In this document: piece after piece, positions 16,241-25,272 of the stretch
How the letters are laid out: each line of letters opens with the position of its first letter
Position numbering within the stretch: position 1 is the first letter of the stretch
IMG/VR virus record: IMGVR_UViG_3300045988_076157
Coordinates: 1-52,063 of that record
Direction: 5' to 3' (one strand)
Origin: a virus
Length of the DNA stretch: 52,063 bases
Translations under genes and position numbers: made by a program
The notes under the pieces: model-generated
What the model saw: the letters and a program-made list of their open reading frames with translations, nothing else
What the model was told of the DNA's origin: nothing
Database searches by the model: none

Positions 16241-16615
16241 TCAGCTTTCCCGGTGCCGCTTGATGAGAAGCCGCAGCTCTTTCTTGGAACGAATACCGTC
16301 ATGGTCGATACCCAGCTGGTCGGCATAGTCGCAGAGCTCTTCGAAACCCAGCTCACTCAGAGGGATTTCGGAATAGTCAACAGGCTCGTCGTCCTCTTCT
16401 TCATCCTCCAGCTCGTCATCTTCCAGACCATCCTCTTCGTCCTGAGCAGAATCATCGAGGTGGGGCATTTCCGGAGCCGGGGGGTAGTTATCTACCCCCA
16501 GCTCGGAAGTGACCGCTTCGTCCTCGAGAGGACGGAATCCTGCGGATTTATACATACACTCGTATGCACCGCGAGAGACCATCAGGGTAGTTACCCCATT
16601 CGTGATGCGAAGCAT
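16241..16615 (-). CDS. Acidic protein with a Rho_N/SAP-like C-terminal helix-extended-helix motif
   Basis: Start trimmed to the ATG at 16615 (RBS AAGGAGGTG). C-terminus LSELGFEELCDYADQLGIDHDGIRSKKELRLLIKRH. Confidence 0.55.
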   Translation of the reverse strand: MLRITNGVTTLMVSRGAYECMYKSAGFRPLEDEAVTSELGVDNYPPAPEMPHLDDSAQDEEDGLEDDELEDEEEDDEPVDYSEIPLSELGFEELCDYADQLGIDHDGIRSKKELRLLIKRHRES

Positions 16616-16629
16616 ACGGTCACACCTCC

Positions 16630-17670
16630 TTAAGACGCGATGACGTCCAGGATGTACACGCTGTCCGCAGACTCGAAGGAGGGCAGACAAATCATGGTGA
16701 CCTTGGTCTCCACGTTCACGGGGTCGGTCTTCTGGACAGTGGTAACAGCCACGCCAGTGTCAGTGATAGACACGTTGGCGGCACCAGTACCCATCAGGTC
16801 GGACTCCTCGGGAGTGGTACCGAACCACGTATTACCCAGAGTACCCTCGGGGAACAGGACGACGGTGTCATCGGGTACAAACTGAGTAGCCGTACCGGCA
16901 TCGTTCTTGTAACGCTTGCCGTAGACGATGAGCTCCAGACCCAGCTCATCCATCAGGTACTGACTCAGGCGGGCATCGGACAGGGCAGAGACCTGACCGT
17001 TGGACAGGACAAAGATGGACTTGATGATTTTCTCGTTAACACGCAGATAACCCCACGTCTTACGGGTGCAGACACCACGAGTGGGACGCACACCAGTGTC
17101 ATCCTCAATCTTGTCCATGGCCTTACGCATATCCTCAATGGGGTCAGAAGTCGTGGTGCTCCAGGAAGTAGTCACCTCGGACTTGTGATCACTGGGGATA
17201 CCGTAGTCGTAGTTGTACGCCTGACCGTTGGCAGTGATAGCGATGGCACCAGTGGTCAGAGCCATCATTCTCATCTGCTCACGGCGGGCACGAGCGCCCT
17301 CCAGCAGATGCATCTCGTCGGCGAACACACGATTCATGACGGCATCGATGTACGCCTGATTGCCGGTCTCCATGACCATGTTCAACTGCTGACGCAGCTC
17401 TTCGTCGATGTAGGTGCTCTCCTTGAAGAAGGGCATCTCAGCAGACAGCTTGTCGAAGCCGATACGCGGACGAGGCACCGCGCCGACATCGAATGCGGAG
17501 GGCTTCAGCACGACGGGCAGACCGTTGGCGCCCTTAATCCAGTCGAGCTTCAGACCCAGCTTCTTGTCAGCGGGGAACAGTTCCTCGCCCAGATAGGGAG
17601 GCATGTCCTGACGGTGCTCTTCCCAGTAGGAAGTCAGCTCCGGGGCTTTGACGAGATCAAAAATAGTCAT
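16630..17670 (-). CDS. Major capsid protein (Phage_cap_E-like)
   Basis: 346 aa. The N-terminus ...YWEEHRQDMPPYLGEELFPADKKLGLKLDWIKG... is typical of E-family capsids. Follows the scaffold gene. Confidence 0.9.
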   Translation of the reverse strand: MTIFDLVKAPELTSYWEEHRQDMPPYLGEELFPADKKLGLKLDWIKGANGLPVVLKPSAFDVGAVPRPRIGFDKLSAEMPFFKESTYIDEELRQQLNMVMETGNQAYIDAVMNRVFADEMHLLEGARARREQMRMMALTTGAIAITANGQAYNYDYGIPSDHKSEVTTSWSTTTSDPIEDMRKAMDKIEDDTGVRPTRGVCTRKTWGYLRVNEKIIKSIFVLSNGQVSALSDARLSQYLMDELGLELIVYGKRYKNDAGTATQFVPDDTVVLFPEGTLGNTWFGTTPEESDLMGTGAANVSITDTGVAVTTVQKTDPVNVETKVTMICLPSFESADSVYILDVIAS

Positions 17671-17692
17671 CTTGTAGTTCTCCTTTCTTTGA

Positions 17693-18091
17693 TTACTTCA
17701 GGAAGGTGATGTTCTTCATCTCACTCTTCCGGGTCGCCGTGATGAGCGCGGCGGTGGTGGTGTCCAGCTTGTTCAGGTCAACGAAGCCCCAAATCAGCAG
17801 GGTGCCGTTGTTGTCACCGTTGGTAACGTCAACGTCATGCAGCAGAACGCCAGTAGCGGCCTTGCCATCGTTGCCAGCAGAGGTGGCGTCCTTGGCCTGT
17901 ACGAAAGCCGTTTCACGAGCGGTCAGGTCACCGCTCAGGGGAGTGCCCGCAGGGACAATCTTCTTGCCGTCGCGGGTGATAGAGTAAGCGTCATCGACCA
18001 CGATACTGACAGACATCTGGTTCTGAACGTTGAACAGAATCTGTACAGGAGCCGCTCCGGTGACTTTGGTAATGCCGGTGTTGTTGAGCAT
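17693..18091 (-). CDS. Capsid accessory / decoration-like protein (DUF2190-like, tentative)
   Basis: 132 aa between scaffold and capsid. Contains the motif GVLLHDVDVTNGDNNGTLLIWGFV. Confidence 0.5.
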   Translation of the reverse strand: MLNNTGITKVTGAAPVQILFNVQNQMSVSIVVDDAYSITRDGKKIVPAGTPLSGDLTARETAFVQAKDATSAGNDGKAATGVLLHDVDVTNGDNNGTLLIWGFVDLNKLDTTTAALITATRKSEMKNITFLK

Positions 18092-18106
18092 TTTGTTTCC
18101 TCCTTA

Positions 18107-18784
18107 TCAGTTTTTGAAATAGCTGCTCTTACCGCCGGAGGTCTTGTGTGCCTTTGCGAGTCTGGCACCCAAACCCTCTTCATCGGTGGATTTACGATTG
18201 GAACCTCTGGTGGAACCACCTGTTCCAGTGTTCTTCTGGGTCTCACCAAACATGGTGGGATACTTGGTCTTCAGCTCTTCCAGCACCTTGGTGATGGGCT
18301 TTTCCTCCGTCACCTTGGGAGCCGCCAGCGTAATGATGTCATCAACGCAGTCGGGATTTACCCCGGCCGACAGTGCAGCGACCTTCATTTCCAGCTGAGT
18401 TGCCTTGGCATTGGCTTCGTCACGAGCAGCCTCCACAGCCTTTTTCGCTTCCGCATCCAACTGTTGCTGGGTCTTACCCGCGTCGAGAGTCTTCTTGATG
18501 GTAGCCATCTGAGTTTTGAAGTCCTTGTCGTCCTTGTACTCCAAACCCAGCTCTTTCAGGATAGCCTGTCTTGCAGTACGCTTCTCATTTGCCATCATAG
18601 CATTGAGTTGCTCCTGTGTATAGGACTTTCCCTCTTGCTGCTGATTGTTCTGATTGCCCTGAGTATTCTGCTGACTGCCTTCACCGCCACCGGAATTACC
18701 CTGGGAGCCGCCGTCGCCACCTTCTCCACCCTCAGCAAAGAACTGTAGACCAATGTGCTTGAGACTCATAGATTCCTGTTTCAT
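18107..18784 (-). CDS. Capsid scaffolding protein (DUF4355-like)
   Basis: LQFFAEGG N-terminal motif, Gln/Gly-rich linker and coiled-coil body. RBS AAGGAGG. Confidence 0.8.
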   Translation of the reverse strand: MKQESMSLKHIGLQFFAEGGEGGDGGSQGNSGGGEGSQQNTQGNQNNQQQEGKSYTQEQLNAMMANEKRTARQAILKELGLEYKDDKDFKTQMATIKKTLDAGKTQQQLDAEAKKAVEAARDEANAKATQLEMKVAALSAGVNPDCVDDIITLAAPKVTEEKPITKVLEELKTKYPTMFGETQKNTGTGGSTRGSNRKSTDEEGLGARLAKAHKTSGGKSSYFKN

Positions 18785-18811
18785 AGTGATTCCTCCTTGT
18801 AATACCCATGC

Positions 18812-19213
18812 TCACCGTGCATGGTAACGGTAATCCAGTTGATGAATTTCACCCTCAATCTGGTAAAGGGCACCATCAAGCTGTTTTGCGAGCTCAGCAC
18901 GCATACAGCTCAATTTACTATCAATCTTGCCAATTCTGTAGGCAAGCTTCATGGGGACAGGTTTGTTCATGGCGAAGAACTTTGCCCTCTTGAGGTACAG
19001 TTCCTTGGCTTCGGAAAGAACTTCCTTGGTAAACTGGTCATCCACCTGTACGATGGACTCCTTACCACAGCAGGGGCAGGTCAGAACCGTCATTGTGATG
19101 TCCCGGCCTTTCTCATTCAGCAGAAATGTGGCATGCACAACCTTCTCGGAAATGTTGCCGGAGACCTTGACCATGGCGTGACACAAATCACACCGTGTAG
19201 CGTTTATTTTCAT
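18812..19213 (-). CDS. Zinc-ribbon protein of unknown function with its own promoter
   Basis: Contains CDLC...CPCC. Directly downstream of the consensus promoter 19257-19285. Confidence 0.65.
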   Translation of the reverse strand: MKINATRCDLCHAMVKVSGNISEKVVHATFLLNEKGRDITMTVLTCPCCGKESIVQVDDQFTKEVLSEAKELYLKRAKFFAMNKPVPMKLAYRIGKIDSKLSCMRAELAKQLDGALYQIEGEIHQLDYRYHAR

Positions 19214-19256
19214 ACCGTCCTCCAGAAAAGAATACTAATAGTATAGTTCTGCCACA

Positions 19257-19285
19257 ATTATACTCTTAGTTATCGAAAAAGTAAA
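19257..19285 (-). promoter_or_regulatory. Consensus phage promoter TTTACT-17-TATAAT
   Basis: Minus strand reads GGGCTTTACTTTTTCGATAACTAAGAGTATAATTGTGG. Confidence 0.6.
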
Positions 19286-19310
19286 GCCCTCCTGTGGGAA
19301 AAGGAGGGCT
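19275..19310 (-). terminator. Terminator after the ARH gene, whose T-tract merges into the next -35 element
   Basis: Stem AGCCCTCC / GGAGGGCT, followed on the minus strand by TTACTTTTT. Confidence 0.55.
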
Positions 19311-19337
19311 TTTCAGAGTTATAATTCTCTCAGAGAC

Positions 19338-20180
19338 TCAGTTATATACCAGCCACACGGCCACATGAGAAAGCTCGCCAGAAATGGACTTCTCGAGCTT
19401 CTCGAGCCACTCCGAGGGGATGGCAGGGTAACCATATAGGGCACCGGCGAGACCACCGGAGAGGGCTGCTATCGTGTCAGCGTCGCCACCGTCATTCACG
19501 GCACCGAGGATGGCCTCCCGGAAACCGCTCGTATTCTTAACCCAGTACAGGGCATTGCTCAGAGTATTTATCACGTGACCAGTAGGCTCCATGTGAGCGC
19601 AAGGGGGAATAGGACGGTCATCCAGCATGTTGTTCACTGCCTGATAATACTTGGCAATAGCTTCATCGCACACTTTATTGGTGTGGGTGAGCTTAGACTG
19701 CTCCCGTGCCAGATTGAAGTCTTTGGCAAGGCAGGGTACCAGACACCGCATCAAACCACCATTACCATAGTCCTGACGTCCGCGTTTGCGCTGTCTCTCA
19801 ATATTCCGATGACCCCAGGACTCCCACCTGTGTCCTCTGTTTCCAGAGATGGCTGCATGACAGGTACTTCCCACATCAATAGGACCAGAGTCCAGCCAGT
19901 TCTCAAAGTTCTTGGCAATCTGAGCCATACGACCACTGAAGGTCAGTCTTTCCATCATGCCTCTTGCCACACACAGCATCATCTGAGTGTCATCCGTGAC
20001 TTTACCCGGCTTGATTCCCAGCCAGCCACCACCGATGATGTCAGTCACCTGACCATACTGCTTCTTGATGGCCTTGGCGGTCATGAACTCCGTAGAGGCA
20101 CCCATAGCGTCACCGATAGCAAACCCAAACAGGGCACCCATTATCTTGTCAACTCTCTTCTCATTCATGCTCATACTCAA
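19338..20180 (-). CDS. ADP-ribosylglycohydrolase (ARH/DraG family)
   Basis: N-terminal GALFGFAIGDAMGASTEF and C-terminal GGDADTIAALSGGLAGALYGYPAIPSEW are family signatures. TTG start with RBS GGAGGG. Confidence 0.9.
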   Translation of the reverse strand: MSMSMNEKRVDKIMGALFGFAIGDAMGASTEFMTAKAIKKQYGQVTDIIGGGWLGIKPGKVTDDTQMMLCVARGMMERLTFSGRMAQIAKNFENWLDSGPIDVGSTCHAAISGNRGHRWESWGHRNIERQRKRGRQDYGNGGLMRCLVPCLAKDFNLAREQSKLTHTNKVCDEAIAKYYQAVNNMLDDRPIPPCAHMEPTGHVINTLSNALYWVKNTSGFREAILGAVNDGGDADTIAALSGGLAGALYGYPAIPSEWLEKLEKSISGELSHVAVWLVYN

Positions 20181-20358
20181 TACAGCTCCCTCCTACCAGC
20201 ACTTCCAGTTCTTTGACACGAAACTTACTGCACCGGGATGTGTTACCCCAGATTTCGTTGTCGTTGAATCTGTTCTTACAGTCCTTGCATATCAAGTCCT
20301 TGTTAGAGATACGCATGGTACTCTGTGCCTCAGACTCTATACGTTTTTTCATGCTCAT
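20161..20358 (-). CDS. Small Cys-containing protein (65 aa) leading the ARH cassette
   Basis: Start trimmed to the ATG at 20358 (RBS AGGAGG 7 nt upstream). Overlaps the ARH start by 20 nt. Confidence 0.5.
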   Translation of the reverse strand: MSMKKRIESEAQSTMRISNKDLICKDCKNRFNDNEIWGNTSRCSKFRVKELEVLVGGSCIEYEHE

Positions 20359-20411
20359 AGTACAGCCTCCTACATAACAGATTAGACAGGTCTCTTCCAC
20401 CCGTCAACCCT

Positions 20412-20440
20412 ATTATAACTCCGTTCCTTGAAAAAGTAAA
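20412..20440 (-). promoter_or_regulatory. Consensus phage promoter TTTACT-17-TATAAT
   Basis: Minus strand reads GTACTTTACTTTTTCAAGGAACGGAGTTATAATAGGG. Sits immediately after the MuF-ART stop. Confidence 0.6.
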
Positions 20441-20448
20441 GTACTATT

Positions 20449-22047
20449 TTACAATTCTGGCAAAATTTCCATGAACACACGGATTATAGAGCTTCTGTGG
20501 CCGTCGGATTCCTCAATTTTGTTGATGCGCACTCTCGTACCCGCGTTGAGTAGTGTTTCACCCTCGCCAGTACCGAATGTAGAAATGGACATTATGGAGG
20601 AAGCTTGTGTGCCCTTGGGAGCGTAGAAAACAACCTCGACGTCCCCTCCAAACCCCTTATTCCAATCGGAAGATGTGCTCGTAAAGCCTGTATAAGTTCC
20701 AATAGTTCCCTGGAACATGTCATTCAGAGCCTGAGTAGACATGTTCTCCAGCTTAGTCATGTTCTCAAAGAAGTCACCGTCCATAAAGCCCGCCAAGTCT
20801 CCGAAGTTGGTACCTCTACGCAGTACCAAATCCTTCTCCAGAGAAGCTTTCTTCAGTGCAGATTGACACCGCTGTATATCGCCAGTGTACCAGTCACCAT
20901 ATTTATTGTCAGCAGCCTTTTTGCCCTCCCTTGCAGCGGTACGCAACCAACCATTCATCTTTGTATAGTCACTTCCTGTGTATTTTTTCAAGGAGGTCTT
21001 TTCTGCATCGGTAAAGTTCTCAAAGGCCGACTCTTCCATTTCCAGCATTCCTGACGTAGTTTGACGTTCAAACAGACTTATCCATTCCTTAGAGGAAGGA
21101 ATTTTCTGTACGTTGGTACCGGACTGTACATTGTTCTTGACTTCGGAGGCGATACCTCCCATACTCTCAATCCACTTATCCAAGGACGGGTCAGCTTTAC
21201 CCTCAACCCAGTCAGCTAACTGGTCGGCAATTTCAGTCATACTCTGCGGAATGTATGCCTCAAAGGTACACATGCCGTTAGGGTGGTCAAGAGGGAGACT
21301 GTCTTTAGGAAAGTGTTTACCATCTCGCTCCATACAGACTTCACAAGTACGATTGCCACCAGCAGACAGCCAAATGTAATCCTCAACGAAGGGATTGTTC
21401 TTGGTAGTCCGTACAAAAGCCTGTTGATAGGCGTGAGACACCATCGTACGAGCTAACCGCTGTGCATTGTAGTCTACCTTCTTGGCCGCGCCGGGGTACA
21501 CCTTAGACCAGTCCCAGTCTTTTCTTGCTTCAGGATTTAGATACTTCTCTAAATCCTTGGCTATATCATAGGCGCTCTTGTTCTCTGCTATGCCTTGTGC
21601 TATGATTGTATTTATGTTATACTGAGTCTTCATATGAGTTTTCCAAATGGCACGACTCAAACTCCACTTGCCCTCATAGAGTTGACCGGTGGATACCATT
21701 TTTACAATATCCGCTGGTACAAACCCATAAGCTCCTTGAATACCAAGACCCAGTTTGTTTACAAAGTTAGCATTATCGTCTACAACAGCTTGAGCTGCTG
21801 CTTTCATGTTACTCTTGATTTCTCCATTGAGGGACATCTCTGCTTTCTTTAGTTCTTTGTTGATTTCCTTTTGGAGATCCTCAAGGTATTGTTTGTAAAG
21901 CGGAGAAGAGGGTGTCTTAGGCAGATTCTTAGCTTTCTTAGCAACAGCCTTAGAAGCGTTTTTGTAGATGTCTACAATATGTTTCTGCTGTTGTTGAGTC
22001 AGCTTAACTCTCTCCTGTTCTGCTATATTCAAGCTGAATTTTGCCAT
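20449..22047 (-). CDS. Minor head protein (Phage_Mu_F / SPP1 gp7-like) fused to a C-terminal ADP-ribosyltransferase toxin domain
   Basis: MuF motif ...NRTCEVCMERDGKHFPKDSLPLDHPNGMCTFEAYIP. C-terminal R-S-E ART triad: YTGSDYTKMNGWLR, LVLRRG, GFTSTS and GEGETLL (ExE). Confidence 0.9.
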   Translation of the reverse strand: MAKFSLNIAEQERVKLTQQQQKHIVDIYKNASKAVAKKAKNLPKTPSSPLYKQYLEDLQKEINKELKKAEMSLNGEIKSNMKAAAQAVVDDNANFVNKLGLGIQGAYGFVPADIVKMVSTGQLYEGKWSLSRAIWKTHMKTQYNINTIIAQGIAENKSAYDIAKDLEKYLNPEARKDWDWSKVYPGAAKKVDYNAQRLARTMVSHAYQQAFVRTTKNNPFVEDYIWLSAGGNRTCEVCMERDGKHFPKDSLPLDHPNGMCTFEAYIPQSMTEIADQLADWVEGKADPSLDKWIESMGGIASEVKNNVQSGTNVQKIPSSKEWISLFERQTTSGMLEMEESAFENFTDAEKTSLKKYTGSDYTKMNGWLRTAAREGKKAADNKYGDWYTGDIQRCQSALKKASLEKDLVLRRGTNFGDLAGFMDGDFFENMTKLENMSTQALNDMFQGTIGTYTGFTSTSSDWNKGFGGDVEVVFYAPKGTQASSIMSISTFGTGEGETLLNAGTRVRINKIEESDGHRSSIIRVFMEILPEL

Positions 22048-22063
22048 AAGACACCCTCCTCAA

Positions 22064-23257
22064 TCACTTGGTCCCTTTTACCAGGAACGCTTCGGGATAC
22101 GTTTTCTGTACTTCCTTCAAGTATGCATCTGCATTGGCCTTAACGCTGAATGCGCCAAGTTGAATTCTGTAGATAGTGTTGCTCGTGACAGGCTTCACCA
22201 TTTCCTTGAAGGCGACGCCCAGGTAGTTACAGATACCCTTGGCAATGGTCTCACCGATGAGCTCGGTATTGTTAATGATCCACTGTGCCACTTCTGGCTC
22301 ATCATGGAAATCAACCTCAACATACGCCGTAGGAGCTGCGGGGGTCTTCACCTCAAAGAGGTTCGGATTGGCCTTGATGTTCTCGCTCTTGCCAGGGGTG
22401 AGAGGAGCTAGCACATCAAAGATGGCTTTGGCTGCTTTGTAACCCTCGCTGCTCTTGTCCATCTTGTAACAGAAGAGCCGGGTACCACTGGTTTTACCGT
22501 TGAAAGCGTTGGTATGGATAGGAACATGCAGATTTGCCTTAAAAGCATCGGAGGCTTTACAACGATTTGCCATAGTGTCATACTGACCGACCATGACCTT
22601 TACGCCACTCCGCTCCAGTGCTGTTTTGCAGGCCGCTGCAATCTTACCACACTGTACGTCCTCTGTCGTGTTTCCCACAGCGTAGGTATTGCGCCGCTGG
22701 TCAGAGGGGGACAAATACACTCTCTTTTCCATAGATTCCTCCCCTTCATAAGGTGGGTGGAAAATAGCCCATGTTCCGCTGGTGGGCATATTCCGCTTTT
22801 TATAACCAATGCCCTCAAAAGCACCGGTTCCGGCCGTGGACAACTTGGCTTTCTCAACTGTAGAGAAAACCATATTGTTACCCTCAAGCGTGATGAAGGT
22901 CGTTCCGCTGAACTTTTCATAGATGAAGAACACATGCTGATACATCCAGCGGTTTTCCTTCTTGTTGTACTCACAGTAGAAAGCAATGTCGCCTTTCTGA
23001 GCTTTGCTGTTGTCCTTAAGACGCCAGCCTTTAGCAGTGAGCCATTCACCGAGGGCACGACACCAAGCGGGATTGGAACACCCATCTAATAGATAGGGCT
23101 TTCCACTCAATCGATCAGCATACCATACGGTATACCCACAGTATGCTGCTCCGATAGCATTCCAGTACTTGTTTACTGTAGTGTTGTTTCCAGAACCAGT
23201 TTCTTGTTCACCTGCCAGCTTCTCTACAGGAGCCAGCATTTGAGATACAGTCTTCAT
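22064..23257 (-). CDS. Endolysin: CHAP-like peptidase + Amidase_3 (N-acetylmuramoyl-L-alanine amidase) + SPOR domain
   Basis: CHAP signatures YCGYTVWY, QHVFFIY and LEGNN. Amidase_3 block ...LHVPIHTNAFNG...VEVDFHD. C-terminal IYRIQLGAFSVKANADAYLKEV matches the SPOR pattern. Confidence 0.85.
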   Translation of the reverse strand: MKTVSQMLAPVEKLAGEQETGSGNNTTVNKYWNAIGAAYCGYTVWYADRLSGKPYLLDGCSNPAWCRALGEWLTAKGWRLKDNSKAQKGDIAFYCEYNKKENRWMYQHVFFIYEKFSGTTFITLEGNNMVFSTVEKAKLSTAGTGAFEGIGYKKRNMPTSGTWAIFHPPYEGEESMEKRVYLSPSDQRRNTYAVGNTTEDVQCGKIAAACKTALERSGVKVMVGQYDTMANRCKASDAFKANLHVPIHTNAFNGKTSGTRLFCYKMDKSSEGYKAAKAIFDVLAPLTPGKSENIKANPNLFEVKTPAAPTAYVEVDFHDEPEVAQWIINNTELIGETIAKGICNYLGVAFKEMVKPVTSNTIYRIQLGAFSVKANADAYLKEVQKTYPEAFLVKGTK

Positions 23258-23280
23258 ACTGTATCACCTCCTTATTGGAG

Positions 23281-23499
23281 TCAGGAATTGGGAGTTTCTT
23301 CATTACTGTCAACAGCATCCTGAATCTTCTGGCTCTGAGTGCCGAAGTAGAATGCGATGATAACAGCATAGATCGTCATGAAGTCCTGGCTGATCTTGCC
23401 CACAGTAGACATGTAGGCAAAGACACCAGTCAGCACAACAGTCACGATACTCTTCACCGAGACCAAATTCGCCAAACGTTTCTTCATCAGTTCGTTCAT
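23281..23499 (-). CDS. Holin-like protein (two TM segments)
   Basis: 72 aa, RBS AAGGAGG, immediately upstream of the endolysin. Confidence 0.6.
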   Translation of the reverse strand: MNELMKKRLANLVSVKSIVTVVLTGVFAYMSTVGKISQDFMTIYAVIIAFYFGTQSQKIQDAVDSNEETPNS

Positions 23500-23501
23500 A
23501 G

Positions 23502-23726
23502 TTAATCCTCCTTAGACTTTATTTTTATGCCAAACAACAGAGCTAATTCTGCTGTCCAAGCCGCAAACCAACCCACAATCAGAGTATCAGGCACAACATG
23601 ATCAAAAGACGAGATCACAAGTACAGCAATACAAAACCAGGTCAAATTTATGACCGAAATTATGGTGAATTTAGTCCTGGTTTTGAGCTTGCGTTTTTTC
23701 TCCACTCTGGATCCCTTGGTCTCCAT
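23502..23726 (-). CDS. Second holin/antiholin-like membrane protein (two TM segments)
   Basis: Basic N-terminus then two TM segments. Start uncertain (ATG at 23726 with GAGGGTG upstream, or TTG at 23750). Overlaps the portal 3' end. Confidence 0.5.
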   Translation of the reverse strand: METKGSRVEKKRKLKTRTKFTIISVINLTWFCIAVLVISSFDHVVPDTLIVGWFAAWTAELALLFGIKIKSKED

Positions 23727-25272
23727 TCTCTTCACCCTCATTTTCTTCAAGATTCTGCTGATTCTGCTTATCCTCCATCCCTTCGCTAGTCAATTCCATA
23801 AAGGCATCCTCCAAAATCTGGCGCTCAAGGGCAATCTGCCGCAGCTCCTCATCAGCCTCTTCATCTGTCAGGTTGCGCCATTTCTTCATGTAGGCTTTCT
23901 TGGACATCGTCTGAGCATTGACTTCAGCCAAATCCACTTGTTTCTCCTCGGACTCATCTTCAGGGAGAGGATACTGATTGTCTACTCGGATGGTATAGTC
24001 CACATCAGGTAACTTCTCTTCAATGTACTTGGCACCGGCTTCAGGATACAGACGAGCACCCTCGATAATACACCGAACCATCAGCTCCAGTGCAGGACGC
24101 CACACCAGCATCTTGTCTTCGCAGCGGACAATCAGGTCCCAATAGATGGCCTTGAGAGTCTTACCGGAAGATACAACACCCCTCAGAGCCTCAGGACTGA
24201 CATTGGGGACGGCACACTGTTCATGAGTCATGCTCTTGATACGGTCAAGGGTCGTACCCAGAGCCGCGCTGTAGCTCATCGGAGAATCCAGAACGCCTAC
24301 CTGTGCTGAACGGTCTGTGGCCTGATTCTGGTCGGATGCGATATCCCAGAAAGCACCCGCAGAAATACTCAAGCCCTTAGTACTCTCAGGGGAGGCATCC
24401 ACCGTGTACCGGATAGGATTCATACCCTTGCGCTCTGCATCCATATCAGCAGCAGCCAACTTACTGTACCACGCCTCATACTCACTGAGCAGCTCAACCT
24501 CGGACATACCAATAAGGTCGCCAGTCAGACCGTCGTTGACGATAACGCAAGCGGGGATGAACTCAAACAGAGTGGCAGTCGGCTCAGACAGAGTCTCAAT
24601 GAGTTCGCCCATGCCATTGTAGATTTCCTCAGAGTACCAGCACACACCGTTCTCCAGCCAGTACTTCTTCTTGTAAATACGCTGGTCTTGCTTGGACTTC
24701 TCGTCGTTGATGCCATAGAAAGCTACGATTTTGGTGAGCTTGTTGTAATCCTGAGGGTCAACGTCATACACAAACTCAAGGCTCGGAAGGAAACTGACCT
24801 GCATACCCTCCTCGGTGTTGACATTGAACATCAGGGCTACCCGCTTACCGATGAAGCAGTCCTTTGCAGCCTGAACCAGTGCGGGACGGAAGTTGTTTTC
24901 CTTCAGCACACTATCCACCAGCTCCTGATAGATGGTGGCTGCTTCCTTGGCCTTTTCTCTCTGCTCTTTGGTATCACCCAAATCCACATCTACAAACAGG
25001 TCAGGGGACTTGGAGAACAGAAAACGTGCTTCTTTGTCTATCAAGGCTCTTGTGATTTTGTACCGCAGGTCTGCCGGGGTGTAGTCCTTTGTACTCTCAA
25101 CAGGGTACTGGACACCTTTCTCGTAGGTATCATACAGCTGTATGATTTTATACATATCCCGCAGAACGGCGGAACCATACATGCCCTCCAGCTCGGCCTT
25201 GATAAGCGAGGAGGGGACATTCAACAGGCGGGACACCTCTATTGAGACATCCCTGTTTACGCTTGCTGCCAT
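23671..25272 (-). CDS. Portal protein (SPP1 gp6-like)
   Basis: 533 aa, follows TerL with start/stop overlap. Family-typical N-terminus ...LRDMYKIIQLYDTYEKG...LRYKITRALIDKEARFLF. Acidic C-terminal tail. Confidence 0.9.
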   Translation of the reverse strand: MAASVNRDVSIEVSRLLNVPSSLIKAELEGMYGSAVLRDMYKIIQLYDTYEKGVQYPVESTKDYTPADLRYKITRALIDKEARFLFSKSPDLFVDVDLGDTKEQREKAKEAATIYQELVDSVLKENNFRPALVQAAKDCFIGKRVALMFNVNTEEGMQVSFLPSLEFVYDVDPQDYNKLTKIVAFYGINDEKSKQDQRIYKKKYWLENGVCWYSEEIYNGMGELIETLSEPTATLFEFIPACVIVNDGLTGDLIGMSEVELLSEYEAWYSKLAAADMDAERKGMNPIRYTVDASPESTKGLSISAGAFWDIASDQNQATDRSAQVGVLDSPMSYSAALGTTLDRIKSMTHEQCAVPNVSPEALRGVVSSGKTLKAIYWDLIVRCEDKMLVWRPALELMVRCIIEGARLYPEAGAKYIEEKLPDVDYTIRVDNQYPLPEDESEEKQVDLAEVNAQTMSKKAYMKKWRNLTDEEADEELRQIALERQILEDAFMELTSEGMEDKQNQQNLEENEGEENGDQGIQSGEKTQAQNQD

